DNA of 64,000 bases from Escherichia phage kaaroe: the sequence record MN850574.1. One strand, given 5' to 3'. The position numbers and the translations under genes are program-made. Below are positions 1-8,826 of the stretch, piece by piece (the first letter of the stretch is position 1; each line of letters opens with the position of its first letter). The notes under the pieces are model-generated. The model was not told the DNA's origin. It did not search any database and was given only the letters and a program-made list of their open reading frames with translations.

Positions 1-22
1 CTGATAAAGTTTTATTGAGACA

Positions 23-793
23 TTAGGAAACCCCGTTCTTTGCATTGTTTGCCTCTTTTACGTCTTTCTCAACCAGTGTCAGTGCAATGTTTCTCTCGAC
101 GGGCAACATGTCCATAAGATCACTGATAGAATAATTTGATTTTGCCAATAGATGGTTTATTCGATAAAAGATGAATAACTCATCTGGATTCAACAACAAT
201 TTGAATAATGGAAGAAGACCTATGTATTTCAGGTCATGACTCTCACAACAAGATATCTTTTGTTCGATCTTGATTGTGTGCATCTGCTTAACAACTTCTT
301 CAAATTCAGAAAATGAGATTGAATCGATAACCTGTTCTCTAACTTCTTCCGGCAATTCAGTCCATAGATAGTCATTAATACCATCAGATACACGCTCTAT
401 CGCATCCAGAAACGTTTTTGCATAGTCGGTTGATGGTTTAACATACCGGAAAGTTATTTTAAGCCCTGCGGCCTCTAGAACGATTGGTTTTAGTGCTTCA
501 ACCTGTAAGTTAAGCAACATTCTTCTTTCTTTGTTGCAAGTCGGGCAAGTAAAACAAAGCGGTATCTTAGTTTTACCAATTGAACTAGTAAAGACATTCA
601 GGAAAATATATTCACGAAATGCCGGATCTACGTCTGGATATATTTCTTCTAATAGCTCATCAAGAATCGTTTGTTCTTCTTCTGGATTCATCTTAATTTC
701 AGTTGACACCAGAAGGAAATCTCTATAATCTTTTACCGTGAATGGTTTAAATCTCTGCACACCTTCCGGTAGTTTTATTCGGATAATATTCAT
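23..793 (-). CDS. 51: baseplate hub assembly protein, gp51-like
   Basis: 256-aa ORF divergent from the gp26-gp25-uvsY block (T4 synteny 25-26-51); CxxC pairs; TATAAATA on minus strand about 20 nt upstream of the ATG. Confidence 0.5.
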   Translation of the reverse strand: MNIIRIKLPEGVQRFKPFTVKDYRDFLLVSTEIKMNPEEEQTILDELLEEIYPDVDPAFREYIFLNVFTSSIGKTKIPLCFTCPTCNKERRMLLNLQVEALKPIVLEAAGLKITFRYVKPSTDYAKTFLDAIERVSDGINDYLWTELPEEVREQVIDSISFSEFEEVVKQMHTIKIEQKISCCESHDLKYIGLLPLFKLLLNPDELFIFYRINHLLAKSNYSISDLMDMLPVERNIALTLVEKDVKEANNAKNGVS

Positions 794-813
794 GGTATAA
801 TCCCCCTTTCGGG

Positions 814-821
814 TATTTATA
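814..821 (-). promoter_or_regulatory. T4-type late promoter motif TATAAATA (for gp51-like)
   Basis: exact TATAAATA on minus strand just upstream of ATG at 793. Confidence 0.45.
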
Positions 822-863
822 AAATACTAAATAATTCTATGTGTTTATAAAGGGTGTTTTATT

Positions 864-1493
864 ATGCAATACTTTTTCAAGATCCAATTAGGCGAAAAGT
901 TGATACACGCCCGTGCTTTCACCTTCGGCGAATTTCAAAAACTGGTAGCAGCAAAAGAGACTGGCAAGCTGTCAGAGGTTGTTATAGAGATCATACATGA
1001 ATGTACGGGGATCAATGCATTAGAGCTAGAGAAATGCGAAGCAGAATATATTTTTCTTCTCTTATGGTGTCACAGCCTCAATAAGATGAAAATTGATGCT
1101 ACTTGGGTGTGTGGTGTATGCAATAAAGAGAAAGTATACTCTCTTGATGTTTCACGCACACAGATACCAGAAGTTGAACCATATATTCTAGACTTAGGAC
1201 AAGTAAAAATCAAGTTTCGTCAACCTAAGTTTACAGAAGATGTTGATATTATGCAGATGGTAATTGCATGTATCGAATATATCGTGATCGGCGATCAGCA
1301 ATTCAATATAGACGACCTGAACGCACAGGACTTTGACCGCGTGCTGGATATGCTTACCACGGATAAAGTGGAAGAAGTGATCGACGAGCTAACAAGAAAT
1401 CAAATCACGCTGGCAGTACCGATCAAGTGCGAATGCGGGGAATCTGGTGTATATTCATTATCAGGTCTATCCAGTTTCCTTAAAATTCTTTGA
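864..1493 (+). CDS. 26: baseplate hub subunit gp26-like
   Basis: 209-aa ORF immediately upstream of gp25 with 1-nt-scale overlap, T4 gp26 is about 208 aa; CxxC motif. Confidence 0.55.
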   Translation: MQYFFKIQLGEKLIHARAFTFGEFQKLVAAKETGKLSEVVIEIIHECTGINALELEKCEAEYIFLLLWCHSLNKMKIDATWVCGVCNKEKVYSLDVSRTQIPEVEPYILDLGQVKIKFRQPKFTEDVDIMQMVIACIEYIVIGDQQFNIDDLNAQDFDRVLDMLTTDKVEEVIDELTRNQITLAVPIKCECGESGVYSLSGLSSFLKIL

Positions 1494-1501
1494 GGTATAA
1501 C

Positions 1502-1888
1502 ATGGCAACTATTAATCAGATGTATACTGATTTGGATCTCAATATATCCAGATCGTGGAATAACGACGTTAAAAAGAACATAGGGATTAAAGCGGTTAAG
1601 GATTCTATTCTACTGATCGTGACTACTCGCAAGGGATCTCGTCCATTTGATCCACTGTTTGGATGCGATCTCAATAAATCTTTGTTTGAGAACATGAACC
1701 CACTGACGGTGGATACCTTATCAAAAAACATCAATGAGGCGATCCGAAACTATGAACCACGGGTCCGAAACCTGACAGTAGAAGTAACTCCGCAGTACGA
1801 CGATAACTCAATCATAGTATCAATCTACTTTTCAGTAATAGATAACCCAGATGATCTTGAACAACTACGCATAAGACTTGCAAAGTGA
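1502..1888 (+). CDS. 25: baseplate wedge subunit gp25
   Basis: translation TTRKGSRPFDP.FGCDL...ENM.PLT...RNYEPR...SVIDNPDD matches T4 gp25 family; start moved to ATG at 1502 (track uses upstream TTG). Confidence 0.85.
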   Translation: MATINQMYTDLDLNISRSWNNDVKKNIGIKAVKDSILLIVTTRKGSRPFDPLFGCDLNKSLFENMNPLTVDTLSKNINEAIRNYEPRVRNLTVEVTPQYDDNSIIVSIYFSVIDNPDDLEQLRIRLAK

Positions 1889-1935
1889 TTTTGTGTGTGA
1901 TATGATATAGGTCTTAGTGTGAATAAGGGGATATT

Positions 1936-2343
1936 ATGGACCTAAACGATTTGAAAGAACAATTAGAAGCTGACATGAAGATCGATGCGACTAAGTTGCA
2001 ATGGGAGGCGCTGAATAATCCGGTAGTATACTCAAAGTGGTTAAGGATTTACAGCGAGGCGAAAAGAGAGACGATTGCTCTTGAGGCTAAAAAGAAAAAG
2101 GCTATGAAAAATCGTCTTGATTTTTACACTAACCGTAGTGATGACTGGTGTCGTGCTGAATATGAGAAATCAGAATTGAAAGTTGTCATGGCAGCAGACG
2201 ACGAGATCTTACCGCTTGATACGAAAATTGCATATTACCAGATGGTAATGGATTTTGCTGGTCGCGCACTTGATATCGTTAAATCTCGTGGCTTTGCGAT
2301 CAAGAATGCTATAGAATTGCGTATGCTGGAATCTGGTCGCTAA
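1936..2343 (+). CDS. uvsY: recombination mediator UvsY
   Basis: 135 aa; motifs STKLQ.EA.NN...YSKWL, KSRGFAIK as in T4 UvsY. Confidence 0.85.
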   Translation: MDLNDLKEQLEADMKIDATKLQWEALNNPVVYSKWLRIYSEAKRETIALEAKKKKAMKNRLDFYTNRSDDWCRAEYEKSELKVVMAADDEILPLDTKIAYYQMVMDFAGRALDIVKSRGFAIKNAIELRMLESGR

Positions 2344-2364
2344 ATACATGCAGGAGGAATTTTT

Positions 2365-2541
2365 ATGAAAATCTGTATTTGTTGTAAACAACCTGTCGAG
2401 GATGCGTTATCCGTCCAGACAGAAAACGGCGTTGTTCACACTGGCTACTGCTTACAGCTAGTAACAGAACGTTCGATTAGTGAAGATGCGAACGGCGAAG
2501 AACAAGAACAACTCGTAGAGCAAACAATGCTGTTAATGTAA
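2365..2541 (+). CDS. small hypothetical protein (58 aa), position of T4 uvsY.-1/-2
   Basis: ATG preceded by GGAGGA RBS; below ORF-track size cut-off; followed by terminator. Confidence 0.4.
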   Translation: MKICICCKQPVEDALSVQTENGVVHTGYCLQLVTERSISEDANGEEQEQLVEQTMLLM

Positions 2542-2574
2542 TTTGTTGATAACCGATTTTAATTGGTTTATTTT

Positions 2575-2599
2575 GCCCCATCAATGATGGGGCTTTTTT
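2575..2599 (+). terminator. rho-independent terminator
   Basis: hairpin GCCCCATCA-ATG-ATGGGGC followed by TTTTTT. Confidence 0.7.
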
Positions 2600-2604
2600 A
2601 TATC

Positions 2605-2841
2605 TTAAAAATCCTCTTCCGGCTCATCTTCTGGCTCGTTGTCCGCTTCCAATTGCTTACGGCGTCCAGCGATGGCATCACGGATCGAAATATCATCAGC
2701 AGGTTTCAATTCTGTTTCTTTCTTGCGCTTCTCATAATATGCCTCAAGTTCATTTAATCCCTCGATAGTATTACAAGAATAAATCTTACGCATGAAACCG
2801 TCAATAGCGGCCTCAACCAAAAAACGTTTAAAGCTAATCAT
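2605..2841 (-). CDS. UvsW.1-like small acidic protein
   Basis: 78-aa ORF directly downstream of uvsW on same strand, as uvsW.1 in T4. Confidence 0.5.
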   Translation of the reverse strand: MISFKRFLVEAAIDGFMRKIYSCNTIEGLNELEAYYEKRKKETELKPADDISIRDAIAGRRKQLEADNEPEDEPEEDF

Positions 2842-2885
2842 TTTTAATCTCCGTAGAATAAAGGGGGCATTAAAGCCCCTATTTA

Positions 2886-4403
2886 TTAAATCTCGATGGT
2901 TTTCGTGACATATTCGAATCGGTCGGTGTTGTAAATTTTTATTCTTTCAAGGGCATGTTTAAGAGCATAATTAAGGTGACTAAACTGTTTCTTAGCATTC
3001 TTGCTCTTTGTCTTCACCGCCAGATGATCTATAAGATCCCAGACCGTTGCAATATCCTTAGAACCATGTTTACGCAATGCACGACCGATACTCTGACGAA
3101 CGATAGTTGATTCCTTCACTGGATGACCGAAAATAACATGGTGCAAATTCTTAATTGAAACACCAGTAGAGAACACACCATAAGACGCAACACAAATGAT
3201 CCCGGTGTCACCCTCCGCCATTTTCTTAAATTCATCACGTTCTTCTGTCTTAACTCCACCGTCAATATAATAAACCTTGTTGTGTACCTTCTGTAACGCA
3301 TCATACATAAGTTTTCCGTGCTTAGTATTGCGGAACATCAGGAATACGTTTTCGCCCTTCTTAGCGAGTTTTAGCGCCAAATTGCAAGCAAACTTATTTC
3401 TTCGTGGGTTAGATGTAATATACTTGATCTCTTCCGCATATTCTCGCCCCTTAACCGCGCTACATTCCTCATCGGTATAACGAAGGAAAAGGCAGTTAAT
3501 TTTCAGTTTTGTCACTTGACCTTCTTCCATCAGGCGGTCAATACTCACGATCTTAGAAATATCACCGAAAAGCCCGACATACTGCATCATGTTAGCTTTC
3601 CCGTCACGAGGGGAACCAGTCATGCCGATCTTAAATTGGCAATGATCCATATCAGTAACGATGTTTAGCAGGTTTTTAGCAGTGGCCTTGTGACATTCAT
3701 CAACAATTACCATCCCAAATTGCTGGAACCACTCACGAGGTTGTTTACATGCAGATTGCCACGTACTAACAACGATCAGGCGATCACCTACGTGTTTACT
3801 AGTACCGCTCATGATAGTATGAATTGCTTCATAAGGAAACTGGCGATAATCAACAAAGTCATCACGCATTTGCAGCACTAGCGACGTGGTAGGAACGATG
3901 ATCAACACTTTCCCTTCGTAGTTCTCTAAGTACCAACGAGACAACATACAAGCAATCGCAGATTTACCAGCGGACGTAGGCAAAACTAACATACGGCGTT
4001 TATGATGAATACCTTCAAAGACAGCCTTTGATTGATACCAATGCGGGGTGATCCTGTTAGCACCGGAATATAATTCTAAGTCATTACACCATTTTGTAAT
4101 TTCTTCTTCTGTAACTTGTTCTTTTTCGAATAAGCGAGGATCTACCCATACGCTATAGCCCATATTTTTAGCGAAGATTCCCACGGTTTTAGTTAGGCCG
4201 ATTGGCAGCTTTCCGTTGTAATCTAAAAGACGAATACGCCCATCCCATCCACCATACTTAAATCTTTTTTGAAACCGCGCTCCCTCAACTTCAAAACTAA
4301 AATAATCTCGCATTTCTAATAAAATTGAATCGCTACATTCAATTTGAACATGGGAGTAGTTCAGAAAGTGAATTTTAATATCTTGCATAGCGAATAGCCT
4401 CAC
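2886..4403 (-). CDS. uvsW: UvsW DNA/RNA helicase (SF2)
   Basis: 505 aa; LPTSAGKS Walker A, VDECH DExH box, KLKIN.LFLRY, HLNY.LKH and overall collinearity with T4 UvsW. Confidence 0.9.
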   Translation of the reverse strand: MRLFAMQDIKIHFLNYSHVQIECSDSILLEMRDYFSFEVEGARFQKRFKYGGWDGRIRLLDYNGKLPIGLTKTVGIFAKNMGYSVWVDPRLFEKEQVTEEEITKWCNDLELYSGANRITPHWYQSKAVFEGIHHKRRMLVLPTSAGKSAIACMLSRWYLENYEGKVLIIVPTTSLVLQMRDDFVDYRQFPYEAIHTIMSGTSKHVGDRLIVVSTWQSACKQPREWFQQFGMVIVDECHKATAKNLLNIVTDMDHCQFKIGMTGSPRDGKANMMQYVGLFGDISKIVSIDRLMEEGQVTKLKINCLFLRYTDEECSAVKGREYAEEIKYITSNPRRNKFACNLALKLAKKGENVFLMFRNTKHGKLMYDALQKVHNKVYYIDGGVKTEERDEFKKMAEGDTGIICVASYGVFSTGVSIKNLHHVIFGHPVKESTIVRQSIGRALRKHGSKDIATVWDLIDHLAVKTKSKNAKKQFSHLNYALKHALERIKIYNTDRFEYVTKTIEI

Positions 4404-4424
4404 TCAATAAATACAGTATACAAA

Positions 4425-4432
4425 TATTTATA
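4425..4432 (-). promoter_or_regulatory. T4-type late promoter motif TATAAATA (for uvsW)
   Basis: exact motif on minus strand about 22 nt upstream of uvsW ATG. Confidence 0.5.
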
Positions 4433-4458
4433 CAAACACCCCCAATCAGGAGAATAAC

Positions 4459-5187
4459 ATGTTTGATAAAGAATATTTCGAAGAACTCCGCGCTATTGCG
4501 GCGTCCGACGACAAAGAAGCACAGAAAACCGCTAAAACAGAATTAGCGGACTACGCGAAACAATTTGATATTAAGGTCAAAAAGACGCTCTCGCTAGAGA
4601 ACATGATCGAGTTCGTAGAGACCGAATTAACTAAACTGGCTTCCGAAATGGAAGAAGAAACTCCGGCAGAAGGAACCAGTATTAACGATCTTATTCTGGC
4701 AGCAGACACCGCAGATGATAAAGTGGTATTCGACGAAGTTGATCCGTCTCTGGTTGAAGCAATGAAAGAACCAGAACAAAAAGAAGAACCAATTACAATT
4801 GAAGTTGTAGAAGAAGCCAAACCACACACAGTACCAGTTACAATTGAAGTTGTAGATGTACCGGAAGTTAAAGTGGAATCTCCGGTAGCCAACCTTTTCT
4901 CTGACGAAGCAGATCATCGTTCCCCAGCACATGACACTGATTCATTTTGCGATCTTACTGGCTTCCGTCCGACCATTTGCTTGATCGGTGGCGGTCGTGG
5001 TTACTACTCCTGCCCGTGGTGGATTTTCGACTGGATCGTTAATACTCCAGATTGGAAGAAGTATCCAGAGCGTTTCCCGCACGCGTATGTACACGACACC
5101 CTCAAGTCACTGATCTATTATATCAAACGCGATGGGTCTGTCAAGGTGCGAGAGACTAAACATAGCCAATTCCACACACTCAAGTAA
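4459..5187 (+). CDS. Inh-like head protein (hoc-adjacent), acidic repeat region plus C-terminal WW(I/V)FD(W/E)IV motif
   Basis: 242 aa; position between uvsW and hoc as T4 inh; C-terminal motif shared with Hoc C-terminus in this window. Confidence 0.4.
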   Translation: MFDKEYFEELRAIAASDDKEAQKTAKTELADYAKQFDIKVKKTLSLENMIEFVETELTKLASEMEEETPAEGTSINDLILAADTADDKVVFDEVDPSLVEAMKEPEQKEEPITIEVVEEAKPHTVPVTIEVVDVPEVKVESPVANLFSDEADHRSPAHDTDSFCDLTGFRPTICLIGGGRGYYSCPWWIFDWIVNTPDWKKYPERFPHAYVHDTLKSLIYYIKRDGSVKVRETKHSQFHTLK

Positions 5188-5452
5188 TTTTTGGGTGATA
5201 AAAGTTGTGAAATATTTGTTATAATTTTAATTGTAGTTCCGTTATGCAATTAAAAAGAGGATACTACATGTCTAACAAAATCAATGTATTACATCAAACA
5301 GAACAAATACCCAGACGAGACCGATACTATTTCGGCCTCGTTGCATCACTATTCTAATACTCATGTATTGGAATCTCGCAATGGTTATCTGGTTGATGAC
5401 AATCAACTATTTCAATTAATTAAATTCGGATTTTCTATGGGAGTGGCTTTAT

Positions 5453-6667
5453 ATGGCTTTCACAGTATCAATACAATCTAACAAAAGATGTTTTCTTGCT
5501 GGAGATGGTTTCACCTTAACGGCGACTGTAGCGGGTGACGAACCATTACCCAGCAATTTGACATATACATGGACAAAAGACGACCAACCGCATGAAAATA
5601 ACACAGCTACGCTAACTGTAGCAGACGCAACAAGTGAAAATGCAGGTAGCTATAAAGTAACGGTACAAGATACCGATACGACGGAATCAGTAGAATCTGA
5701 AGTTTTCCTCATGGAAGAAGCTGAATTAATCGTAAATATCACCGAACCGCAGCATTTCTACGTATCATTACAAAAAGACGTAGAATTACATGCAACAGTA
5801 AATTTTTCTGGTGGGAAGACTCCAGCAGACAACTATGAACTACATTATAGTTGGAGTAAGGGCGAAGACGTTATAGACACAAAAAAAGATATTACAATCC
5901 AAGAATTTACAGCAGATAAAAACGGCGTGTATACTGTAAAAGTGTGGGGTGAGTCGGAAGATTCAGCCGCTAGCGCATCGACTAAAATCATGCTGGCAAC
6001 AATGAACGTAGATCAGGATGTGGTGGAATCAAAGACCGTGGCACTAGGTAATGAGATATCACTTAATTATGTTGTGTCAGAGGACATTGTAGGCGATTCT
6101 AGCGGTATGCCTAATTTGACGATCAAATATAACTGGTATTTGCAGCGCGAAGGGCAACCGTCACCGACTCTAATCGGTAGTGAGGTCGGCGAAGCACTGG
6201 AAGGATTTTCTATCATGCCAGACGGTCATCTGTTCAAAGAGAGTGCTACTTACGATGACACAGCCAAATTCTGGTGTGTTGCTAAACTATATCAACAGAT
6301 TGAAGATGAACCAGTAGAAGTTGCAACAAGTACAAGTAGAAAATGTTCAATGGAAGTTGTTAAAATGTTTCGTTACGTACACCCGATCCCGTGGCGCAAA
6401 ACTTCATTTATCTACATTGGATGGTGGGTATTTGACGAGATTGTTAAATTCAATGAGGCTGGGTTAGAGTGGCGTGACCGAGAAGTTTATTCTACCAGCA
6501 AGTACGCCAAAGATCTGGAGACAATCGCGGCAGCGGAAGAAAAATATAGTGATTGCACTTGCATGGAATCTCGCAATGGTTTCATGTATCATTCCAAAGA
6601 GTTACATAAGCTGGACCGAGAGACGTTAGAGCGAGTTCTACGCATTCGTGAAACGCATCCTGCTTAA
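5453..6667 (+). CDS. hoc: Hoc-like outer capsid protein with tandem Ig-like domains
   Basis: 404 aa; three Ig-like repeats (LT.TV.DAT.ENAGSYKV, GVYTVKVWG) and C-terminal domain; synteny near gp24. Confidence 0.7.
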   Translation: MAFTVSIQSNKRCFLAGDGFTLTATVAGDEPLPSNLTYTWTKDDQPHENNTATLTVADATSENAGSYKVTVQDTDTTESVESEVFLMEEAELIVNITEPQHFYVSLQKDVELHATVNFSGGKTPADNYELHYSWSKGEDVIDTKKDITIQEFTADKNGVYTVKVWGESEDSAASASTKIMLATMNVDQDVVESKTVALGNEISLNYVVSEDIVGDSSGMPNLTIKYNWYLQREGQPSPTLIGSEVGEALEGFSIMPDGHLFKESATYDDTAKFWCVAKLYQQIEDEPVEVATSTSRKCSMEVVKMFRYVHPIPWRKTSFIYIGWWVFDEIVKFNEAGLEWRDREVYSTSKYAKDLETIAAAEEKYSDCTCMESRNGFMYHSKELHKLDRETLERVLRIRETHPA

Positions 6668-6678
6668 TGAAATCTATC

Positions 6679-6703
6679 AGCCATCCTTCGGGGTGGCTTT
6701 TTT
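6679..6703 (+). terminator. rho-independent terminator
   Basis: hairpin AGCCATCC-TTCG-GGGTGGCT plus T-run. Confidence 0.7.
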
Positions 6704-6713
6704 GTTTTTGTGC

Positions 6714-6741
6714 TTGACAGAGCGATTTAGATGCCTATAAT
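6714..6741 (+). promoter_or_regulatory. sigma70-type early promoter (TTGACA-16-TATAAT)
   Basis: TTGACA at 6714, TATAAT at 6736. Confidence 0.65.
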
Positions 6742-6867
6742 GGCACGCATCGACATGCTACTGTCATAGTGAGGCGAAGAAAATATTATGAATATGGGGT
6801 TGAAAATGGCTTTAATAACTGTTACTGTATTATTCGTTGTTGTGTTTATGAATGTATGAGGTGAAGT

Positions 6868-7065
6868 ATGAATGAGATTTCCCGACTAATCGAAGTTACA
6901 CCGCTTTCGGTTTATATCCTAGTTCTGGTTTCAACAATGGTCTATCAGCTAGTCGCATGTCATGTGTGGAAGTCAGAAAATGCATTTATCCGGTTTATTG
7001 GCACTATCATGATCCAGTTTCCGGTGCTGATCACTATCCTGTTAATCGTCAATGGGGCGAAGTGA
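6868..7065 (+). CDS. small membrane protein
   Basis: 65 aa, hydrophobic; downstream of early promoter. Confidence 0.45.
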   Translation: MNEISRLIEVTPLSVYILVLVSTMVYQLVACHVWKSENAFIRFIGTIMIQFPVLITILLIVNGAK

Positions 7066-7340
7066 TGGACAAGAAAACAGCGTTAATGGTTTACATGCTA
7101 CGCGAAGACCACGGTCTTAATTTTGTTGATATTGCTAAAAAGATTGGCGGGATCAGCGGACAAGATGCGGCTAAGGCATGGTTGATGGTAAAAGATGCAC
7201 GAGAGGCTTACGCCAACCGTGAAAAGGTTGTTTATCGTAAACACCACATCAACAAAAAATTTAAAAATAAAGTTCAAAAACGTGTTGACATGCCAAATAA
7301 CACTGTTATAATGGACGCATTCAAACGGGCAATGTCCTGA
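7065..7340 (+). CDS. small basic protein with helix-turn-helix-like segment
   Basis: ATG overlapping previous stop (TGATG); LNFVDIAKKIGGISGQDAAKAWL resembles an HTH. Confidence 0.45.
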   Translation: MDKKTALMVYMLREDHGLNFVDIAKKIGGISGQDAAKAWLMVKDAREAYANREKVVYRKHHINKKFKNKVQKRVDMPNNTVIMDAFKRAMS

Positions 7341-7386
7341 TTTGTAATTAATATTCTGAATAACTAATCAATAGAGGTGACTAATT

Positions 7387-7824
7387 ATGAAATTCCGTAA
7401 AAACCACGTAGCAATGAAAAAGGCAATGTTCGAAGCATTCAAAGCAGTTGATCAGGGCGGTGTTACGCTGATTGAGCAAATTAATGTTGATGTTTGGCAA
7501 TCTCCGGCGATCACCTGCTCCCGTCTTGCTACGGCTGGCCTTCTGAAAGTTCACAGCTCTACCGCATACGACGAAGCATTGCAAGTTATTAAGGCTTTTG
7601 CGGGAGACGTTACCAGCAAGTGGGTCTATGAGAATAAAGGTGAAATTGCGGTTGCTCACGTAGGCAACAATATTCAGATGGAAATCAAGATTAAGGAAGG
7701 GTCTAAACGCAATCAGATGCTTGTTCGCTTCCAACCATACAAAACTAACGTAGTGCCGGATGATCTGATCATCTCTAAGAGTAATGTTACCATTCGCCGA
7801 AATCAGATCGTTATCAACAAATAA
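7387..7824 (+). CDS. hypothetical protein
   Basis: 145-aa ORF with RBS, followed by terminator. Confidence 0.5.
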   Translation: MKFRKNHVAMKKAMFEAFKAVDQGGVTLIEQINVDVWQSPAITCSRLATAGLLKVHSSTAYDEALQVIKAFAGDVTSKWVYENKGEIAVAHVGNNIQMEIKIKEGSKRNQMLVRFQPYKTNVVPDDLIISKSNVTIRRNQIVINK

Positions 7825-7832
7825 TTAACATT

Positions 7833-7857
7833 AGCCGTCCTTCGGGGCGGCTTTTTT
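7833..7857 (+). terminator. rho-independent terminator
   Basis: hairpin AGCCGTCC-TTCG-GGGCGGCT plus TTTTTT. Confidence 0.7.
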
Positions 7858-7883
7858 GTATCTGTTATTAACATAATTTTAGT

Positions 7884-7969
7884 TTACATGTGCACAATAT
7901 TAATACTGTTTGATTAAATTATGATCAAAACGAAGAAAGATCTTTAGAACATAGAAAATGTATCTTTGG
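7884..7969 (+). repeat. intergenic repeat copy A (TTTACATG...GATTAAATTATGATCAAAACGAAGAAAGATCTTTAGAA)
   Basis: near-identical to copies at 8050-8120 and 44124-44167; contains palindrome AAAGATCTTT. Confidence 0.6.
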
Positions 7970-8049
7970 TTAATTATTAATCACTACATATTGTAACACA
8001 AATGTTATACTCCGTAGGAGTTCGCGAAGCGATATCCTTTTGTGTAGTT

Positions 8050-8120
8050 TTTACATGTATGATTAAATTATGATCAAAACGAAGACTTATCTTATAGAAT
8101 AATAAAAATTTGTTTCGAAC
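8050..8120 (+). repeat. intergenic repeat copy B
   Basis: shares TTTACATGT...GATTAAATTATGATCAAAACGAAGA and TAGAATAATAAAAATTTGTTTCG with copies A and C. Confidence 0.6.
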
Positions 8121-8238
8121 ATTTATTAATCAATTACTGGAAGTGTTTTTAATGCTCGCTGTGCTCGCTTCCGCTACGCGGATACTTGTATTTGTTATTA
8201 ACTTGTAGTATGATATTGCTTTCTATGGAGGAAATATT

Positions 8239-8826
8239 ATGTTTGACCAGTTACAAGATCTATTTGGAGTAAAACCACTTCGTAGATGTGCTTTAATCGG
8301 CTCTAGAAAAGCGCCTAGCGACATTTTGATAATGGCTAGTACCATTGGGAGGGTATTGTCAGAAAATCGCGTTGTAGCGCATTCTGGAGGGGCTTACGGT
8401 ATGGACAATGCTTTCATGAAGTATTACGACCCAGAGTATAGAAAAATTTTCATTCCAAATTGGAAGTTTTATGACCACAAGCATAACGGTCATGATGTGA
8501 TTGCATGGCAAACCTTAGAACAAAAAAATCTGGCGATGGATGAATTAGAACACGTTTATGATAATCCTCGTTCTATACCGTTATACATGCAAAATCTGTT
8601 TTCTAGAAATGTTGCTCAAGTCTTAGGTGAGACACTTGATGATCCTGTAGATTGTGTGATATTCTGGGCGAAAGAAGTTAATGGAATCGTTTCTGGAGGA
8701 ACTAGAATTGCTGTTTATGTTGCCCGTAGACATGGGATACCATGTTTTAACTTATATCATCAAGAAAATAGATCCGCCGTCGAAAAAATCTTGGGCGGAT
8801 CTGACTTGTCTTGGTTAGATATTTAG
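8239..8826 (+). CDS. DprA/Smf-like (SLOG-type Rossmann) protein
   Basis: 195 aa; ALIGSRKAP and VVAHSGGAYGMDNAF resemble the DprA Rossmann-domain motifs (GSR..., SG.A.G.D..AH). Confidence 0.45.
   Translation: MFDQLQDLFGVKPLRRCALIGSRKAPSDILIMASTIGRVLSENRVVAHSGGAYGMDNAFMKYYDPEYRKIFIPNWKFYDHKHNGHDVIAWQTLEQKNLAMDELEHVYDNPRSIPLYMQNLFSRNVAQVLGETLDDPVDCVIFWAKEVNGIVSGGTRIAVYVARRHGIPCFNLYHQENRSAVEKILGGSDLSWLDI

Noticed and set aside
4551-4932. Two minus-strand ORFs (113 and 101 aa) inside the Inh-like gene
   Set aside because: Antisense to the acidic repeat region; low-complexity translations and no RBS.
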